DNA of 64,000 bases from an uncultured bacterium. GTDB lineage: Bacteria; Verrucomicrobiota; Kiritimatiellia; CAIKKV01; CALHGX01. Where the stretch lies: the NCBI GenBank assembly GCA_938031185.1, contig CALHGX010000009.1, positions 106,837 to 170,836 of the forward strand, read 5' to 3'. Below are positions 17,707 through 27,791 of the stretch, one piece after another. A program made the position numbers and the translations under genes. The notes below the pieces were generated by a model. That model was not told the DNA's origin, searched no databases, and worked only from the letters and a program-made list of their open reading frames with translations. Every line of letters starts with the position of its first letter. Position 1 is the first letter of the stretch.

Positions 17707-19862
17707 GCCATGTTATTCTGGCCGCGCGCCCAGGCGCGAATCTCGTCGGAAAGCCCCTCCACCCGCCGCACGCGACACTTTCGCTCGCCCGCCTCTCCCG
17801 GCAGGATCACTTCATCCCCCTGCCGCCGTCCGGTCAGTCGCCGTCCCACTTCACTCTCACAGGAAACAATATGCCGCTCGGGATCCTGATCCCAAACGCC
17901 GAGAATCACGTACACTTCTGACTGGCCGTCGGCCCCCTCCACCGTTACGGTCGTTCCCATGCCGGCCGTTTCGGTGTGGTCCCGCTCGAAATCCGTGCCG
18001 CGAACCGTTTTGAGCGCCTCCTCCAACTCTTCCTGGCGGCGCATCAGAATCCGCTGCATGTCCTTCGCCGCCTTGTATTCGAAATTTTCGCTCAAATCCC
18101 CATAGCTGCGGGCATGCGCGATGTCACGACTGTTCTGCGGAATTTCCTCATTCACCAGCCGCTCCAGTTGGCGCTGTTTTTCCCGATACGTTCGCCATGA
18201 CGTAAATCGTACCGCCGCCGCATCGTCCGCCCCCGACGCGTCCTCGAGCAAACGGCTCAGTTCCGGGCATAGCGCCACCATTCTACCCGTGAGCGTCTGG
18301 GCGTCGAGTGCGAGACGTCCCGCCTTCTGCCGAACCCGCCGCAGCATTTCCTCGCGCTGCAATGGCGTCAGCAACGGCAACACCGCCTGAAGCCAGTCGC
18401 GCTGCACGCACAGCTCCGCCAACTGGTTGGCCGCGCGGAGCCGGTCGCCCGAAAAACTGCCTTCCAGACAGTCCAAGACGAGAAAAGGCAAGTCGGCGGG
18501 AGTACCCACCCCCTGTTCCGTGATCGCCGCAGGCCGCCGCGCCAGACTGTAAAGCATTTCCACCGTCGGCCGACGCGCCGCCCAGTGCTCCCGAATCACC
18601 TTCCAGCAACGCTCGCCCTGCCCGGCGCGTTCCGCAAACTCCATGAGTTCGTTGTAAAGCGTCATGTTCGCCAGTGGCAGCGTGCCGGCCACCGCGGACA
18701 TGGCCGCCTCAGCATCCGAGCGGAACAATAGTTCCAAGAATCTCCGAAATCGCCGTGGGGCCAGCTCGCGGCCCGCTGCGGCTAGCGTACCCGGGTCGAA
18801 AAAACGCCGGAGCCGCTCGCTCCCGGCGGAAACATCGTCCGCCACGCCCCATTGATAGACCTGCAGCAGCCCCCGAGCCGTCCACCCCAGGTCACGCTCG
18901 CTTGCCGAGAGCACATATGTCAGCCGCCGTGCGATGGTCGCCCGCTCCGCGTCGCCGAGGGCGTCCGGGGCCACCGCCGCCTCCAGCGTCTCCAGCCGTT
19001 CAAGGACCCGCTCCGGCAGCCGTTCCGCCGCCAGGGCCGAAAACCATTCGGCGTCAAACCCCGGTGCCTTTGCGAGCAATTCCACGGCATCGGAGCGCCG
19101 GGCCGGAATCCGTACCAGAGGATCGTTTTTCAGCGCCTTCCGCGCTGCATCCCAGAAACGCTTCCACTCGTCCGGCTTGACGATGCCCTCGCACAACAAC
19201 TCCTGCAACCGGGGCACGGACATTGCGCCAAAACTGCGCAACGCGAGTTTGACGATTTCGTCCGGACGGTCCCTGACCAGCGCGGTTAGGGACTCCGGAT
19301 CCTTGTGCCAGCGAACGCAAAAGTGATCCTCGCTCACGGGGTGGAGCGACTCCAACGCATACGCGAAGGCCATCTCATGCCCCTTCTTCCGGCTGAAATC
19401 CACCGTCACGCGCTCATAGTAGTGGTCCACCTCGCGAACCACTCCAAAACCCCACGTCTTCTCCAGGAAAAACATACCCGGCGCCAGCCTCCGCAAGAAC
19501 ATCAGTCGATGCAGGCATTCCTTCAAGGGACGCCCCGTCTCAAAGCCGGCGTGCCCCAGATGTTTCCGGCCAACGACATCCTTCCGGAAAGCCGCTTGCA
19601 ACACCGTCTCACAATGGGCTCGAAATGCTCGATCGTCCGCCAAGCGGTCGGCCCGACGCAGGAGCAGGCGCAACAAATCGTCACCCCGGCCTCGCTCCGC
19701 CAATGCATCCTCCACCAACGCAGAAAGGCTGTCCGCCTCCTCCGGCTTTCCGGCCTCCGCCAATGCCGCCAAGTCCTCTTCAACCGCCTCAATGGGAAGC
19801 GTTCCCTGCTCCATCCGTTCCAACAGGCGCTGTTCAATATCCTGGATTGATGGGGTTTCCAT
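17703..19862 (-). CDS. greA: GreA/GreB family transcription elongation factor with long N-terminal extension (~719 aa)
   Basis: C-terminal EIPQNSRDIAHARSYGDLSENFEYKAAK and YVILGVWDQDP...SEVGRRL; ATG at 19862 preceded by GAGGAGG. Confidence 0.88.
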   Translation of the reverse strand: METPSIQDIEQRLLERMEQGTLPIEAVEEDLAALAEAGKPEEADSLSALVEDALAERGRGDDLLRLLLRRADRLADDRAFRAHCETVLQAAFRKDVVGRKHLGHAGFETGRPLKECLHRLMFLRRLAPGMFFLEKTWGFGVVREVDHYYERVTVDFSRKKGHEMAFAYALESLHPVSEDHFCVRWHKDPESLTALVRDRPDEIVKLALRSFGAMSVPRLQELLCEGIVKPDEWKRFWDAARKALKNDPLVRIPARRSDAVELLAKAPGFDAEWFSALAAERLPERVLERLETLEAAVAPDALGDAERATIARRLTYVLSASERDLGWTARGLLQVYQWGVADDVSAGSERLRRFFDPGTLAAAGRELAPRRFRRFLELLFRSDAEAAMSAVAGTLPLANMTLYNELMEFAERAGQGERCWKVIREHWAARRPTVEMLYSLARRPAAITEQGVGTPADLPFLVLDCLEGSFSGDRLRAANQLAELCVQRDWLQAVLPLLTPLQREEMLRRVRQKAGRLALDAQTLTGRMVALCPELSRLLEDASGADDAAAVRFTSWRTYREKQRQLERLVNEEIPQNSRDIAHARSYGDLSENFEYKAAKDMQRILMRRQEELEEALKTVRGTDFERDHTETAGMGTTVTVEGADGQSEVYVILGVWDQDPERHIVSCESEVGRRLTGRRQGDEVILPGEAGERKCRVRRVEGLSDEIRAWARGQNNMA

Positions 19863-19969
19863 ATCCTCCTCGCCGCCAATCTCGCCCACACACCTTCCCT
19901 TGCGATCTTTCGACTCGACACAGCAATCTGCCATAAAGGATAATCATCGCAAAACAAAAAGGAGATGGC

Positions 19970-20551
19970 ATGAAAACGAATTTGACCGTGCTCTATTTCT
20001 CCGGCACCGGCCACACGGCCAAGATGGCAGAGGCAGTACACAGAGGCGCAGCCGCGGTGCAGGACGTGGCGGCAGCCCTCATTGGACTTCGCAATGAAGA
20101 CATCGTAGCCGGCCGATGGAAAAACGACGAAACCTTGGCCCGACTCGATGCGTCGGATGCCGTCATTTTCGGCACCCCCACCTACATGGGCGGACCGGCA
20201 TCACAATTCAAAGCTTTCGCCGACGCCACCAGCGAGCGATGGTTTCAACGGGCCTGGCTCAACAAACTGGCCGCCGGTTTCACGGTCTCGGGCGGACCCA
20301 GCGGAGACAAGTTCAACACGCTGGTCTATCTGTTCACTTTTGCCATGCAACATGGCATGGTTTGGGTCGGGCTCGGTGAAACGCCTTTCAATGACCAGGG
20401 CATCAACCGCCTCGGCGCCTACGGCGGCGCCATGGGGCAGGCTTTGATGGAGCCGCCGGAGGAAGCGCCCAACGCCGCCGACAAATTGACGGGCGAAATG
20501 CTGGGAAAGCGTGTGGCCGAGGTCGCGGTGCGATGGCGCCGCGGGGCGTAA
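19970..20551 (+). CDS. Flavodoxin family protein (WrbA-like NAD(P)H:quinone oxidoreductase)
   Basis: YFSGTGHT, FGTPTYMGG, KLAAGFT, QHGMVWVG; AAGGAG SD. Confidence 0.9.
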   Translation: MKTNLTVLYFSGTGHTAKMAEAVHRGAAAVQDVAAALIGLRNEDIVAGRWKNDETLARLDASDAVIFGTPTYMGGPASQFKAFADATSERWFQRAWLNKLAAGFTVSGGPSGDKFNTLVYLFTFAMQHGMVWVGLGETPFNDQGINRLGAYGGAMGQALMEPPEEAPNAADKLTGEMLGKRVAEVAVRWRRGA

Positions 20552-20589
20552 TTCCCTAAACCGCAAGACGAGCTAGTCGGCGTCGCCTC

Positions 20590-21525
20590 ATGTTCGCATC
20601 CACGCAGGCGCTATTGGTCCTTTTCCTGCTGTGCACCCTCGGGTGGTTCTTGCGAAGGCGCGGCGTTCTAACCCCCGCCGCGCTGCCGGCATTGAGCCTG
20701 ATCGCGCTGGACGTTGCCCTGCCCGCCCTCGTCTTCGTCACGATGTTGGATCAGTTTCGTGGCGCCGATGCCCGCGGGTGGTATTTCTTTCCCGCGGCAT
20801 GGGCTGGTTTCATGGTGATATCGTTCGCCTTGAGTTGGGCTTTCGCCCCGCTCGCTCGTCCTCCCGTGCGCAGGGAGTTCCGGTTCTGTCTTTTCTATCA
20901 CAACGCCATCTTTTTCCCCCTTGCCGTCCTGAGCGAGATGTTCGGCGCAGGGGCAAGGCCGGTCGCGGAACTCTTCCTGATGACGTTTCTCTTTCCAGCA
21001 TTCTTCTTCAACACATACAGCGCCTTCCTGCGAGCCGAATGGCGTGTGGACTGGCGCCGCACGGCGCACCCCGTGCTGTTCACCACGCTGGCCGCTGTGG
21101 CGCTGGCCGTCACGGATTCCCACGCGGCCATTCCCCGCGTTATCCTGAATGCAGCCCGGCAGCTCGGGGCGGTATCCGTGCCGCTCCTCATGTTGCTCGT
21201 CGGCGCCCGATTGCGGGAGGATTTCGAGCACCGCGGACCCGTCTACTGGCGCGAGATCGCTCGCTTTGTGCTGCTCAAGAATCTCCTTATCCCTCTGTTC
21301 TTCTTCATTCTTCTGCCCCGCCTGCCGCTGTGGCCCTCACTGCGTTTTCTTCTCCTCCTTCAGGCGGCCATGCCGCCGGTGACCGCCGCGCCGATTGTGA
21401 TCGAACGCGAGGGCGGCCAGGCCTCGTTTGCAGGTCAGTTGCTTGTGAGCAGCTACGTGGTCTCCGTGGCGACGATTCCACTTTTCATCTGGGCGCACAG
21501 CGCTTTCTGGACGCCATGCGGGTGA
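20590..21525 (+). CDS. AEC (auxin efflux carrier) family membrane transporter
   Basis: About 10 hydrophobic segments; VALPALVF, N..FFPL, PLLMLLVG, QAAMPP motifs. Confidence 0.85.
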   Translation: MFASTQALLVLFLLCTLGWFLRRRGVLTPAALPALSLIALDVALPALVFVTMLDQFRGADARGWYFFPAAWAGFMVISFALSWAFAPLARPPVRREFRFCLFYHNAIFFPLAVLSEMFGAGARPVAELFLMTFLFPAFFFNTYSAFLRAEWRVDWRRTAHPVLFTTLAAVALAVTDSHAAIPRVILNAARQLGAVSVPLLMLLVGARLREDFEHRGPVYWREIARFVLLKNLLIPLFFFILLPRLPLWPSLRFLLLLQAAMPPVTAAPIVIEREGGQASFAGQLLVSSYVVSVATIPLFIWAHSAFWTPCG

Positions 21526-22514
21526 CCTTCCAACAGCCGGCCGTCCTTTCGGCCCGCCGGCCCGCAGGGTGGCGTCTGGGGCTTTGCTGCGTGTTTGTCT
21601 CCGCCCCCATTCGCTTTCGCGTAACAACGGCCGCCATGTTGGCCCGATTGCCCCGGCGTCAACGGCTCCAGCGCCTTTCCGACCTTTGCCTCGCAAACGC
21701 CCATGCGCTGGCCGAAGCCTTGCAGTTCTGTTCCGTGCACGGCATCGGGGCTTTTCGCATCAACAGCCGAATTCTGCCCCTCAAGACGCATCCCGTCATG
21801 GGTTACGAGATCGCCGCTCTGCCGAAAGCCGACGAAATACTCGCTGCATTCAAAGCGTGCGGCCAATGGCGCGCTCGCCACCAACTGCGGTTGCTGTTTC
21901 ATCCGGATCAGTTCATCGTGCTGGGCGCGCCTGATGAAGTCGTGGCGCAGTCGGCTTTGCGCGAACTGGTTTATCAAGCCGAAGTGGCCTCCTGGGTAGG
22001 CGCGGATGTCGTCAATCTCCATGCCGGTGGCCTCTATGGAGATAAAACCGCCACACTGGCCCGATTGGCTCGCCGTATCGAACGGCTTCCCGCATCCGTG
22101 CGCCGCTTGCTCACGCTTGAGAATGACGACCGCTGTTATGCGCCCTCAGACCTCTTGCCCCTCTGTCAACAGACCGGCGTCCCCTTGGTCTATGATGTCC
22201 ATCACCATCGCTGCCGGCCCGACGGCTGTTCGGTTGAGGATGTCACCGAAGCCGCCCTCCGGACGTGGAATCGCGAACCCGTTTTTCATCTGTCAAGTCC
22301 ACGCGAGGGCTGGCAAGGCCCCAATCCAAGACCGCACGCCGACTACATTGATCCCGACGATATCCCCGCCTGCTGGCGCGGCCGTTCCGTCACGGTGGAA
22401 ATTGAGGCCAAGGCCAAAGAATTGGCGTTGGAGCGCTTGCGGCACGATCTTGAGGCGCTCGCGCCGGCAGCCGCTCCGAGTCATAAAATCAGCATGCAGT
22501 CGCCGAAGCTGTAG
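21516..22514 (+). CDS. uvsE: UV DNA damage repair endonuclease
   Basis: RLGLCC, FRINSRILP, FHPDQF, NLHAGG, LTLENDD, VYDVHHH, HLSSP, HADYI, VEIEAKAKELA; start taken at ATG 21516. Confidence 0.93.
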   Translation: MRVTFQQPAVLSARRPAGWRLGLCCVFVSAPIRFRVTTAAMLARLPRRQRLQRLSDLCLANAHALAEALQFCSVHGIGAFRINSRILPLKTHPVMGYEIAALPKADEILAAFKACGQWRARHQLRLLFHPDQFIVLGAPDEVVAQSALRELVYQAEVASWVGADVVNLHAGGLYGDKTATLARLARRIERLPASVRRLLTLENDDRCYAPSDLLPLCQQTGVPLVYDVHHHRCRPDGCSVEDVTEAALRTWNREPVFHLSSPREGWQGPNPRPHADYIDPDDIPACWRGRSVTVEIEAKAKELALERLRHDLEALAPAAAPSHKISMQSPKL

Positions 22515-23530
22515 AAACGATACCGCTCCCGAATCGCTTCGGCATAGCATCGCCGCACCAATTCATGCCCCGCCATCGCGCTGATCATCATCAGCAGCGT
22601 CGAGCGAGGCAGATGAAAATTGGTGAGCATCGCATCCACGGCACGAAAACGAAACGGCGGACGAATAAACAACGCGCTGCGTCCGGTTTCGGCCCGCACC
22701 ATGCCGTTTTCATCCACAGCGGTCTCCAGAGCCCGGACCACGGTGCTGCCCACGGCCACGATCCGCCCCCCGGCTGCCCGGGTTTCCCGGATCGCACGCG
22801 CGGTTGCTTCCGGCACCACGTATCGCTCCGATTCCATGATGTGCTGTTCAATGTCGTCCGCCTTGACAGGCTTGAACGTCCCCGGCCCGACGTGCAAAGT
22901 GATAGCCACGCACCCTATGCCACGGCCCTCCAAGCTGCTCAACAACTCGCGGGTAAAATGGAGACCCGCCGTCGGCGCGGCTACCGCGCCCGGCTCCCGA
23001 GCGTATACCGTCTGATAGCGTGCCCGATCCTCGGCTTCGACCCGCGCTTGTTTACCCTTGCCCCGGCGAATATAGGGCGGCAGTGGCGTTGACCCCCGCG
23101 CTTCCAGGAAATCCAGCACCGATTGATTCAGCGGCCATTCCAGCAGTAGGCGTCCTCCTGAAACCCATTCGGCCACGCGAACACGAAGGCGGCCTTCCGC
23201 CAGAATCAGTACGCTTCCCGGCTTGGGGCGGCGCGCTCCGCCATACATCGCCTCCCACAGCCCGGGACGTCGTTCCTCCAGCATAAGTAGCTCGACCCGT
23301 CCCCCTGTGGCCTCCTTGCGGCCTTCCAAGCGAGCCGGTATCACCCGAGTGTCATTCACCACCAGCAAATCGGGCGCCCGCAACACTTCAGACAGGTCGG
23401 CCACGCGCCCGTGCCGCCACACGCCCGTTGCCCGGTCCACGATCATCATCCGGGCCTGGCTGCGCTCCTGCAGCGGATGCTGGGCAATCAATTCGGGCGG
23501 CAGATCATAGTCGAAATCGCTGGTCTTCAA
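22481..23530 (-). CDS. queA: tRNA preQ1(34) S-adenosylmethionine ribosyltransferase-isomerase
   Basis: FDYDLPPELIAQHP, NDTRVIPARL, PLPPYI, YQTVYA, AAPTAGLHF, TNFHLPRSTL, YRFYSFGD; TTG start at 23530. Confidence 0.97.
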   Translation of the reverse strand: MKTSDFDYDLPPELIAQHPLQERSQARMMIVDRATGVWRHGRVADLSEVLRAPDLLVVNDTRVIPARLEGRKEATGGRVELLMLEERRPGLWEAMYGGARRPKPGSVLILAEGRLRVRVAEWVSGGRLLLEWPLNQSVLDFLEARGSTPLPPYIRRGKGKQARVEAEDRARYQTVYAREPGAVAAPTAGLHFTRELLSSLEGRGIGCVAITLHVGPGTFKPVKADDIEQHIMESERYVVPEATARAIRETRAAGGRIVAVGSTVVRALETAVDENGMVRAETGRSALFIRPPFRFRAVDAMLTNFHLPRSTLLMMISAMAGHELVRRCYAEAIRERYRFYSFGDCMLIL

Positions 23531-23535
23531 TCCGC

Positions 23536-23952
23536 CTACTCCCCGATAATCTTGACCAGCACCCGCTTGCGCCGCATGCCGTCGAATTCTCCGTAAAAAA
23601 TTTGCTCCCACGGTCCGAAATCCAGTTGGCCGTGGGTGACCGCCACCACCACCTCCCGCCCCATGACGCTGCGTTTCAAGTGCGCGTCCGCATTATCCTC
23701 GCCCTGATTGTGGGCGTACTGCGAATGGGGATGTTCGGGCGCCAGCCGTTCCAGCCACTGTTCGAGGTCGGCGTGCAACCCATCCTCGTCGTCGTTGATG
23801 AACACGCTGGCCGTGATGTGCATGGCGTTGACCAGCGCCAACCCCTCCCGTATGCCGCTCTCGCGGAGACACGCTTCCACCTGCGGCGTAATGTTGAGGA
23901 ACCCCCGCCTTGTCGGCAACTGAAACCACAGTTCTTTGCGATAGTGTTTCAT
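23536..23952 (-). CDS. yjbQ: YjbQ family (UPF0047) protein
   Basis: [37 protein letters not shown]. Confidence 0.92.
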   Translation of the reverse strand: MKHYRKELWFQLPTRRGFLNITPQVEACLRESGIREGLALVNAMHITASVFINDDEDGLHADLEQWLERLAPEHPHSQYAHNQGEDNADAHLKRSVMGREVVVAVTHGQLDFGPWEQIFYGEFDGMRRKRVLVKIIGE

Positions 23953-23959
23953 CCGCTCC

Positions 23960-23988
23960 TCGACACCGGCCAGCTCTGCTGGTAGACT
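23960..23988 (+). promoter_or_regulatory. Probable sigma70 promoter with extended -10 for the SLT-GT2-CPBP-mtnA operon
   Basis: TCGACA-17 nt-TAGACT with TGn before the -10; 9 nt to ATG at 23998. Confidence 0.55.
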
Positions 23989-23997
23989 CCCAACATC

Positions 23998-24675
23998 ATG
24001 TCATCCCGCATGGTGCTGCCCTCGCTGGCTATTATAATTGCCCTCGCCACACTGGCAACGCTGGCGATGACGACCATATCATGGCTCTTGCCTGAACTGC
24101 TATATCAGCGTCATCGGGGCATGATCGAACCGATCGCCGCCCGTTACGACGTGCCGTCTCGGCTCGTGGGTGCCTTGATCTGGCAGGAAAGCCGCTACCG
24201 CGCCGATTCCGTCGGCCATTCGGGAGAAATCGGTCTGATGCAAGTGACGGTCGGCGCCGCCGACGAGTGGGCCCGACATGAGCGGATCCATTCGTCACTT
24301 TCGCCGGCTCTGCTGGATCCCGTCACCAACCTGATGGCCGGAACATGGTACCTGTCCCGCGCCCTCCGCTATTGGTCTGGTCATCCGGAGGCGCCGGCTA
24401 TTGCCCTGGCTGAGTACAATGCCGGCCGCGCCAACGCCCGCCGCTGGGCGGAGGCGGCCGACACCAAGCCCGATGCTTTCGTCCGCGCCATCACGTACCC
24501 CGCAACGCGCCAGTATGTCCGCGAGGTGCTGCAGAGATATCGCGCCCCGCTCCAAACGCGCCGGCCGTTTCGCCTCAGACGAACGCTGGCCCCGCCATCT
24601 CCATCCGTCCCCGCGAACAGCGCAGCAATCACTCCAACCGCTTTTCTCCGTGCAAACACGCTCAACTGTTGCTAA
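23998..24675 (+). CDS. Lytic transglycosylase (SLT domain), membrane-anchored
   Basis: N-terminal TM helix; IWQESRY catalytic Glu, [22 protein letters not shown]. Confidence 0.9.
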   Translation: MSSRMVLPSLAIIIALATLATLAMTTISWLLPELLYQRHRGMIEPIAARYDVPSRLVGALIWQESRYRADSVGHSGEIGLMQVTVGAADEWARHERIHSSLSPALLDPVTNLMAGTWYLSRALRYWSGHPEAPAIALAEYNAGRANARRWAEAADTKPDAFVRAITYPATRQYVREVLQRYRAPLQTRRPFRLRRTLAPPSPSVPANSAAITPTAFLRANTLNCC

Positions 24676-24692
24676 CAATCTTCGGGCCAACC

Positions 24693-25697
24693 ATGAAGAC
24701 GCATTCTGCCACACCGCCGTTCTTGTCCGTCGTTGCCCCGGTTTTCAACGAGGGTGAGTCCGTTGCGCCGCTGGTGGCCCGCCTGCACGAAACGCTCTCG
24801 ACCCTCAACCGCCCTTATGAGGTTGTGCTCGTGGATGACGGCAGCACGGACGGCACGTGGGAGCAGATGAAGCGGGCCGCCGAGATGTATCCCGCGATCC
24901 GATTGATCAGGCTGCGTCGAAATTTCGGTCAAACCGCCGCCATGAGCGCGGGCTTCCATGAAGCGCGCGGAGAGATTATCGTCACGCTCGACGCCGACCT
25001 GCAGAATGATCCGGCGGACATTCCCATCCTGCTGGCGGAAATGGAGCGCGGATACGATGTGGTCAGCGGATGGCGGCAGGATCGGCAGGATCCGTTCTTC
25101 TCCCGCCGTCTGCCTTCGATCATCGCTAACGCCTTGATCAGTCGCTTCACGGGCGTCTCGCTGCACGACTACGGCTGTACCCTCAAGGCCTATCGCAGCG
25201 AGATCGTGCGCGACATACACCTGTATGGGGAAATGCACCGCTTCATCCCGGCCCTTGCGAGCTGGGTCGGTGGCCGGATCAGCGAAGTGCCCGTGCGGCA
25301 TGCGCCCCGCCGGTTCGGCGTCTCCAAGTACGGCATGGGGCGCACCATCCGGGTCGTGCTCGACTTGATGACTGTCAAATTTCTGCTGCGTTACAGTACC
25401 CGACCTATTCATGTTTTTGGCCGCTGGGGCCTTTTCTGCGGCACGCTGGGGCTGGGTTTGTTGGTCTTTATGACGGCGGCTAACCTCTCCTACCGGATCT
25501 GGGGCACACGACTGGCAGCCGAGCTGATCAAACGCCCGTTCTGGGTCATGACGGCCTTCATGCTGGTTTTTTTCGGCATGCAGTTCATTTCCATGGGCCT
25601 GCTGGCTGAACTCCAAATTCGCACGTACCATGAGGCCCAGCGAAAGCCCATTTATGTGATTCGCGAAGTCTTTGAGTCCCCCTCGACTGCCATCTGA
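24693..25697 (+). CDS. GT2 glycosyltransferase (polyprenol-phosphate sugar transferase, ArnC/DPM1-like)
   Basis: SVVAPVFNE, VDDGSTD, RNFGQ, TLDADLQNDP, LHDYGC, EMHRFIP, two C-terminal TM helices. Confidence 0.93.
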   Translation: MKTHSATPPFLSVVAPVFNEGESVAPLVARLHETLSTLNRPYEVVLVDDGSTDGTWEQMKRAAEMYPAIRLIRLRRNFGQTAAMSAGFHEARGEIIVTLDADLQNDPADIPILLAEMERGYDVVSGWRQDRQDPFFSRRLPSIIANALISRFTGVSLHDYGCTLKAYRSEIVRDIHLYGEMHRFIPALASWVGGRISEVPVRHAPRRFGVSKYGMGRTIRVVLDLMTVKFLLRYSTRPIHVFGRWGLFCGTLGLGLLVFMTAANLSYRIWGTRLAAELIKRPFWVMTAFMLVFFGMQFISMGLLAELQIRTYHEAQRKPIYVIREVFESPSTAI

Positions 25698-25709
25698 TTT
25701 CTCTGGAAC

Positions 25710-26588
25710 ATGCTTGGCCTCGGATTCATCCTTCCCCCCGATCAGGCCGGCCGCGTCATGTTGGTCGGCGTTCTATATGCCATCCTGTTGGTCCTCGGCG
25801 TATGGGCCGCTTGGCAGCTGGGTTGGCGCCTGCTGAGCAACCCCGCGGCCTGGCACACCGCCGTGGAACGTTTGCGCGCCCGCCCATGGAATGGGCCGCG
25901 TGCCGGCGCCGTGCTTCTGATTCTGCTCACTACGCAAGGCCTTTTTCTCCTTGTCGGCCGCAAGCTCGCGCCGGCCGGCGGGCCGGAGGCCGGCGCGCCA
26001 GGCCTCCACCTCCTCGTCATGGAAAGCCTCGTGGTGCATCTGGGTGGATTGTTCCTGCTCGGGATGCTGCTGAGGCGCCTTCGCCTTGGATGGTCCGCTG
26101 CCTTCGGGATGGAGCGCAACGGCCTCGTGCGGCGGCTGGGCGGCGGCTCGCTCGCCTACCTCGCTTCGCTGCCAATGGTGTTTGCCGCCGCGCTGGTCTA
26201 CCAAGCCATTCTCCTTGCCCATGGGCATGAACCGGCCCTGCAGGACGTCGCCCGGCTGATGGCTTCCACCCAAAACCTCTGGTTTCGCCTCTACATGTTC
26301 TTTCTAGCCGCCTTCCTCGCGCCGCTTTTTGAAGAATGTGTTTTCCGCGGCGTGCTCCTTCCCGCGCTGGCTCGCGGCCTCGGCACGGGACCGGCCGTAT
26401 TCCTGACATCGGCGCTCTTCGCCGCCCTCCACTTTCACCTGCCCGCCTTCGCGCCCCTCGCCACCGTCGCTGTCGTCTTCTCTCTCGCCTACGTGTATAC
26501 GGGGTCCCTTTGGGTGCCCGTCGCAATGCACGGCCTTTTCAACGGCGTAAATCTGCTCTTCCTGTTCCTGGTCGGCCCGTTGCCATGA
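25710..26588 (+). CDS. CPBP (Abi/CAAX) family intramembrane glutamic endopeptidase
   Basis: EECVFRG, FAALH, MHGLFN; multiple TM segments. Confidence 0.9.
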   Translation: MLGLGFILPPDQAGRVMLVGVLYAILLVLGVWAAWQLGWRLLSNPAAWHTAVERLRARPWNGPRAGAVLLILLTTQGLFLLVGRKLAPAGGPEAGAPGLHLLVMESLVVHLGGLFLLGMLLRRLRLGWSAAFGMERNGLVRRLGGGSLAYLASLPMVFAAALVYQAILLAHGHEPALQDVARLMASTQNLWFRLYMFFLAAFLAPLFEECVFRGVLLPALARGLGTGPAVFLTSALFAALHFHLPAFAPLATVAVVFSLAYVYTGSLWVPVAMHGLFNGVNLLFLFLVGPLP

Positions 26589-26609
26589 ACGAACGATGGA
26601 ACCGTTCCC

Positions 26610-27791
26610 ATGCTTCACATCCGAACCATAAGATGGGTGCCGCAAAGCAACGAGGGCCTCATCCCCGGACAGATTGAATTCATTGACCAGACCCGCTTGC
26701 CGCTTGCGCTGCGCAAGGTGCGCACAGCCGATCCGGACGTGATCTTCAGGGCCATACGCGCCCTTCAAGTGCGCGGGGCGCCCGCCATCGGCGTGGCAGC
26801 CGCCATGGGGGTCGCCGCCGCTGCGCAGCGGGTCCGATCGAAGAGCGGTAACGCGGTGGCCGAAGCGGCCTGTCAAGCCGCCCGTCGTCTGGCGACCGCC
26901 CGCCCTACGGCCGTCAATCTGTTTCAGGCGCTCGACCGCATGCGGCGCACAGCCCGACGTTATCGGCGCCTGCCACCAGACCAGTTGAAGGAACTTCTCG
27001 CCAGTGAAGCCGTGGCTATTTGGCAGGAAGACCGTGATATGTGCCGCAGAATCGGCGAGAGCGGTTTCCCGTTGATTCGCAACGCGCGCCGGGTGCTGAC
27101 GCACTGCAATGCCGGCGCCTTGGCCACGGCCGGGCTTGGCACCGCCTTGTCGCCGCTTTACGTCGCCCGAGAGCAAGGGTGCCGAATCCATGTTTACGTG
27201 GACGAGACGAGGCCCCTGCTCCAAGGCGCCCGTCTGACGGCATGGGAACTGACTCGAGCCGACATTGAGGTTACGGTGATTTGCGACAATATGGCCGCAT
27301 GGCTCATGCAACGGGGGCAGATTGATGCGGTCCTGGTCGGAGCGGATCGCATCGCCCGTAACGGAGACACCGCCAACAAAATCGGAACCTACGGGCTGGC
27401 CGTGTTGGCCCACTTCCATGGAATTCCCTTCTACGTGCTGGCACCAAGCACCACCGTGGATTTTTCGGCAAGGGCGGGACGTGACATCCCCATCGAAGAG
27501 CGCGGATCGGAAGAGGTTTCCATGATGGCCGGTCGCCGATTGATCCCCCGTGCGGCCACAGCCATCTCCCCGGCCTTCGACGTGACGCCCGCCCGTCTTA
27601 TTACGGCCGTTGTCTGCGAACGCGGCGTTCTCAAACCGCCATATACGCGTTCCTTGAGCCGTGCGCTGGAAAAACGGGAGCGACAGCAAAAAAACTGTAG
27701 TCCTTCTTTGGCGGGCGGCCCCCTCCCGAGAGACAGGCCCAAAGCGCCCGATCAACGGCCGGGCCACCAGGTCATGCCGTTGCAGGACTGA
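26610..27791 (+). CDS. mtnA: S-methyl-5-thioribose-1-phosphate isomerase
   Basis: DQTRLP, VRGAPAIG, RPTAVNL, THCNAGALAT, DETRP.LQGARLT.WEL, GADRIA.NGD.ANKIGT, FDVTP. Confidence 0.95.
   Translation: MLHIRTIRWVPQSNEGLIPGQIEFIDQTRLPLALRKVRTADPDVIFRAIRALQVRGAPAIGVAAAMGVAAAAQRVRSKSGNAVAEAACQAARRLATARPTAVNLFQALDRMRRTARRYRRLPPDQLKELLASEAVAIWQEDRDMCRRIGESGFPLIRNARRVLTHCNAGALATAGLGTALSPLYVAREQGCRIHVYVDETRPLLQGARLTAWELTRADIEVTVICDNMAAWLMQRGQIDAVLVGADRIARNGDTANKIGTYGLAVLAHFHGIPFYVLAPSTTVDFSARAGRDIPIEERGSEEVSMMAGRRLIPRAATAISPAFDVTPARLITAVVCERGVLKPPYTRSLSRALEKRERQQKNCSPSLAGGPLPRDRPKAPDQRPGHQVMPLQD

Noticed and set aside
20631..22514. 627-aa ORF suggesting a long N-terminal fusion to UvsE
   Set aside because: The first ~295 codons overlap the AEC transporter in another frame and read as Arg/Pro-rich shadow sequence; UvsE motifs start after ATG 21516
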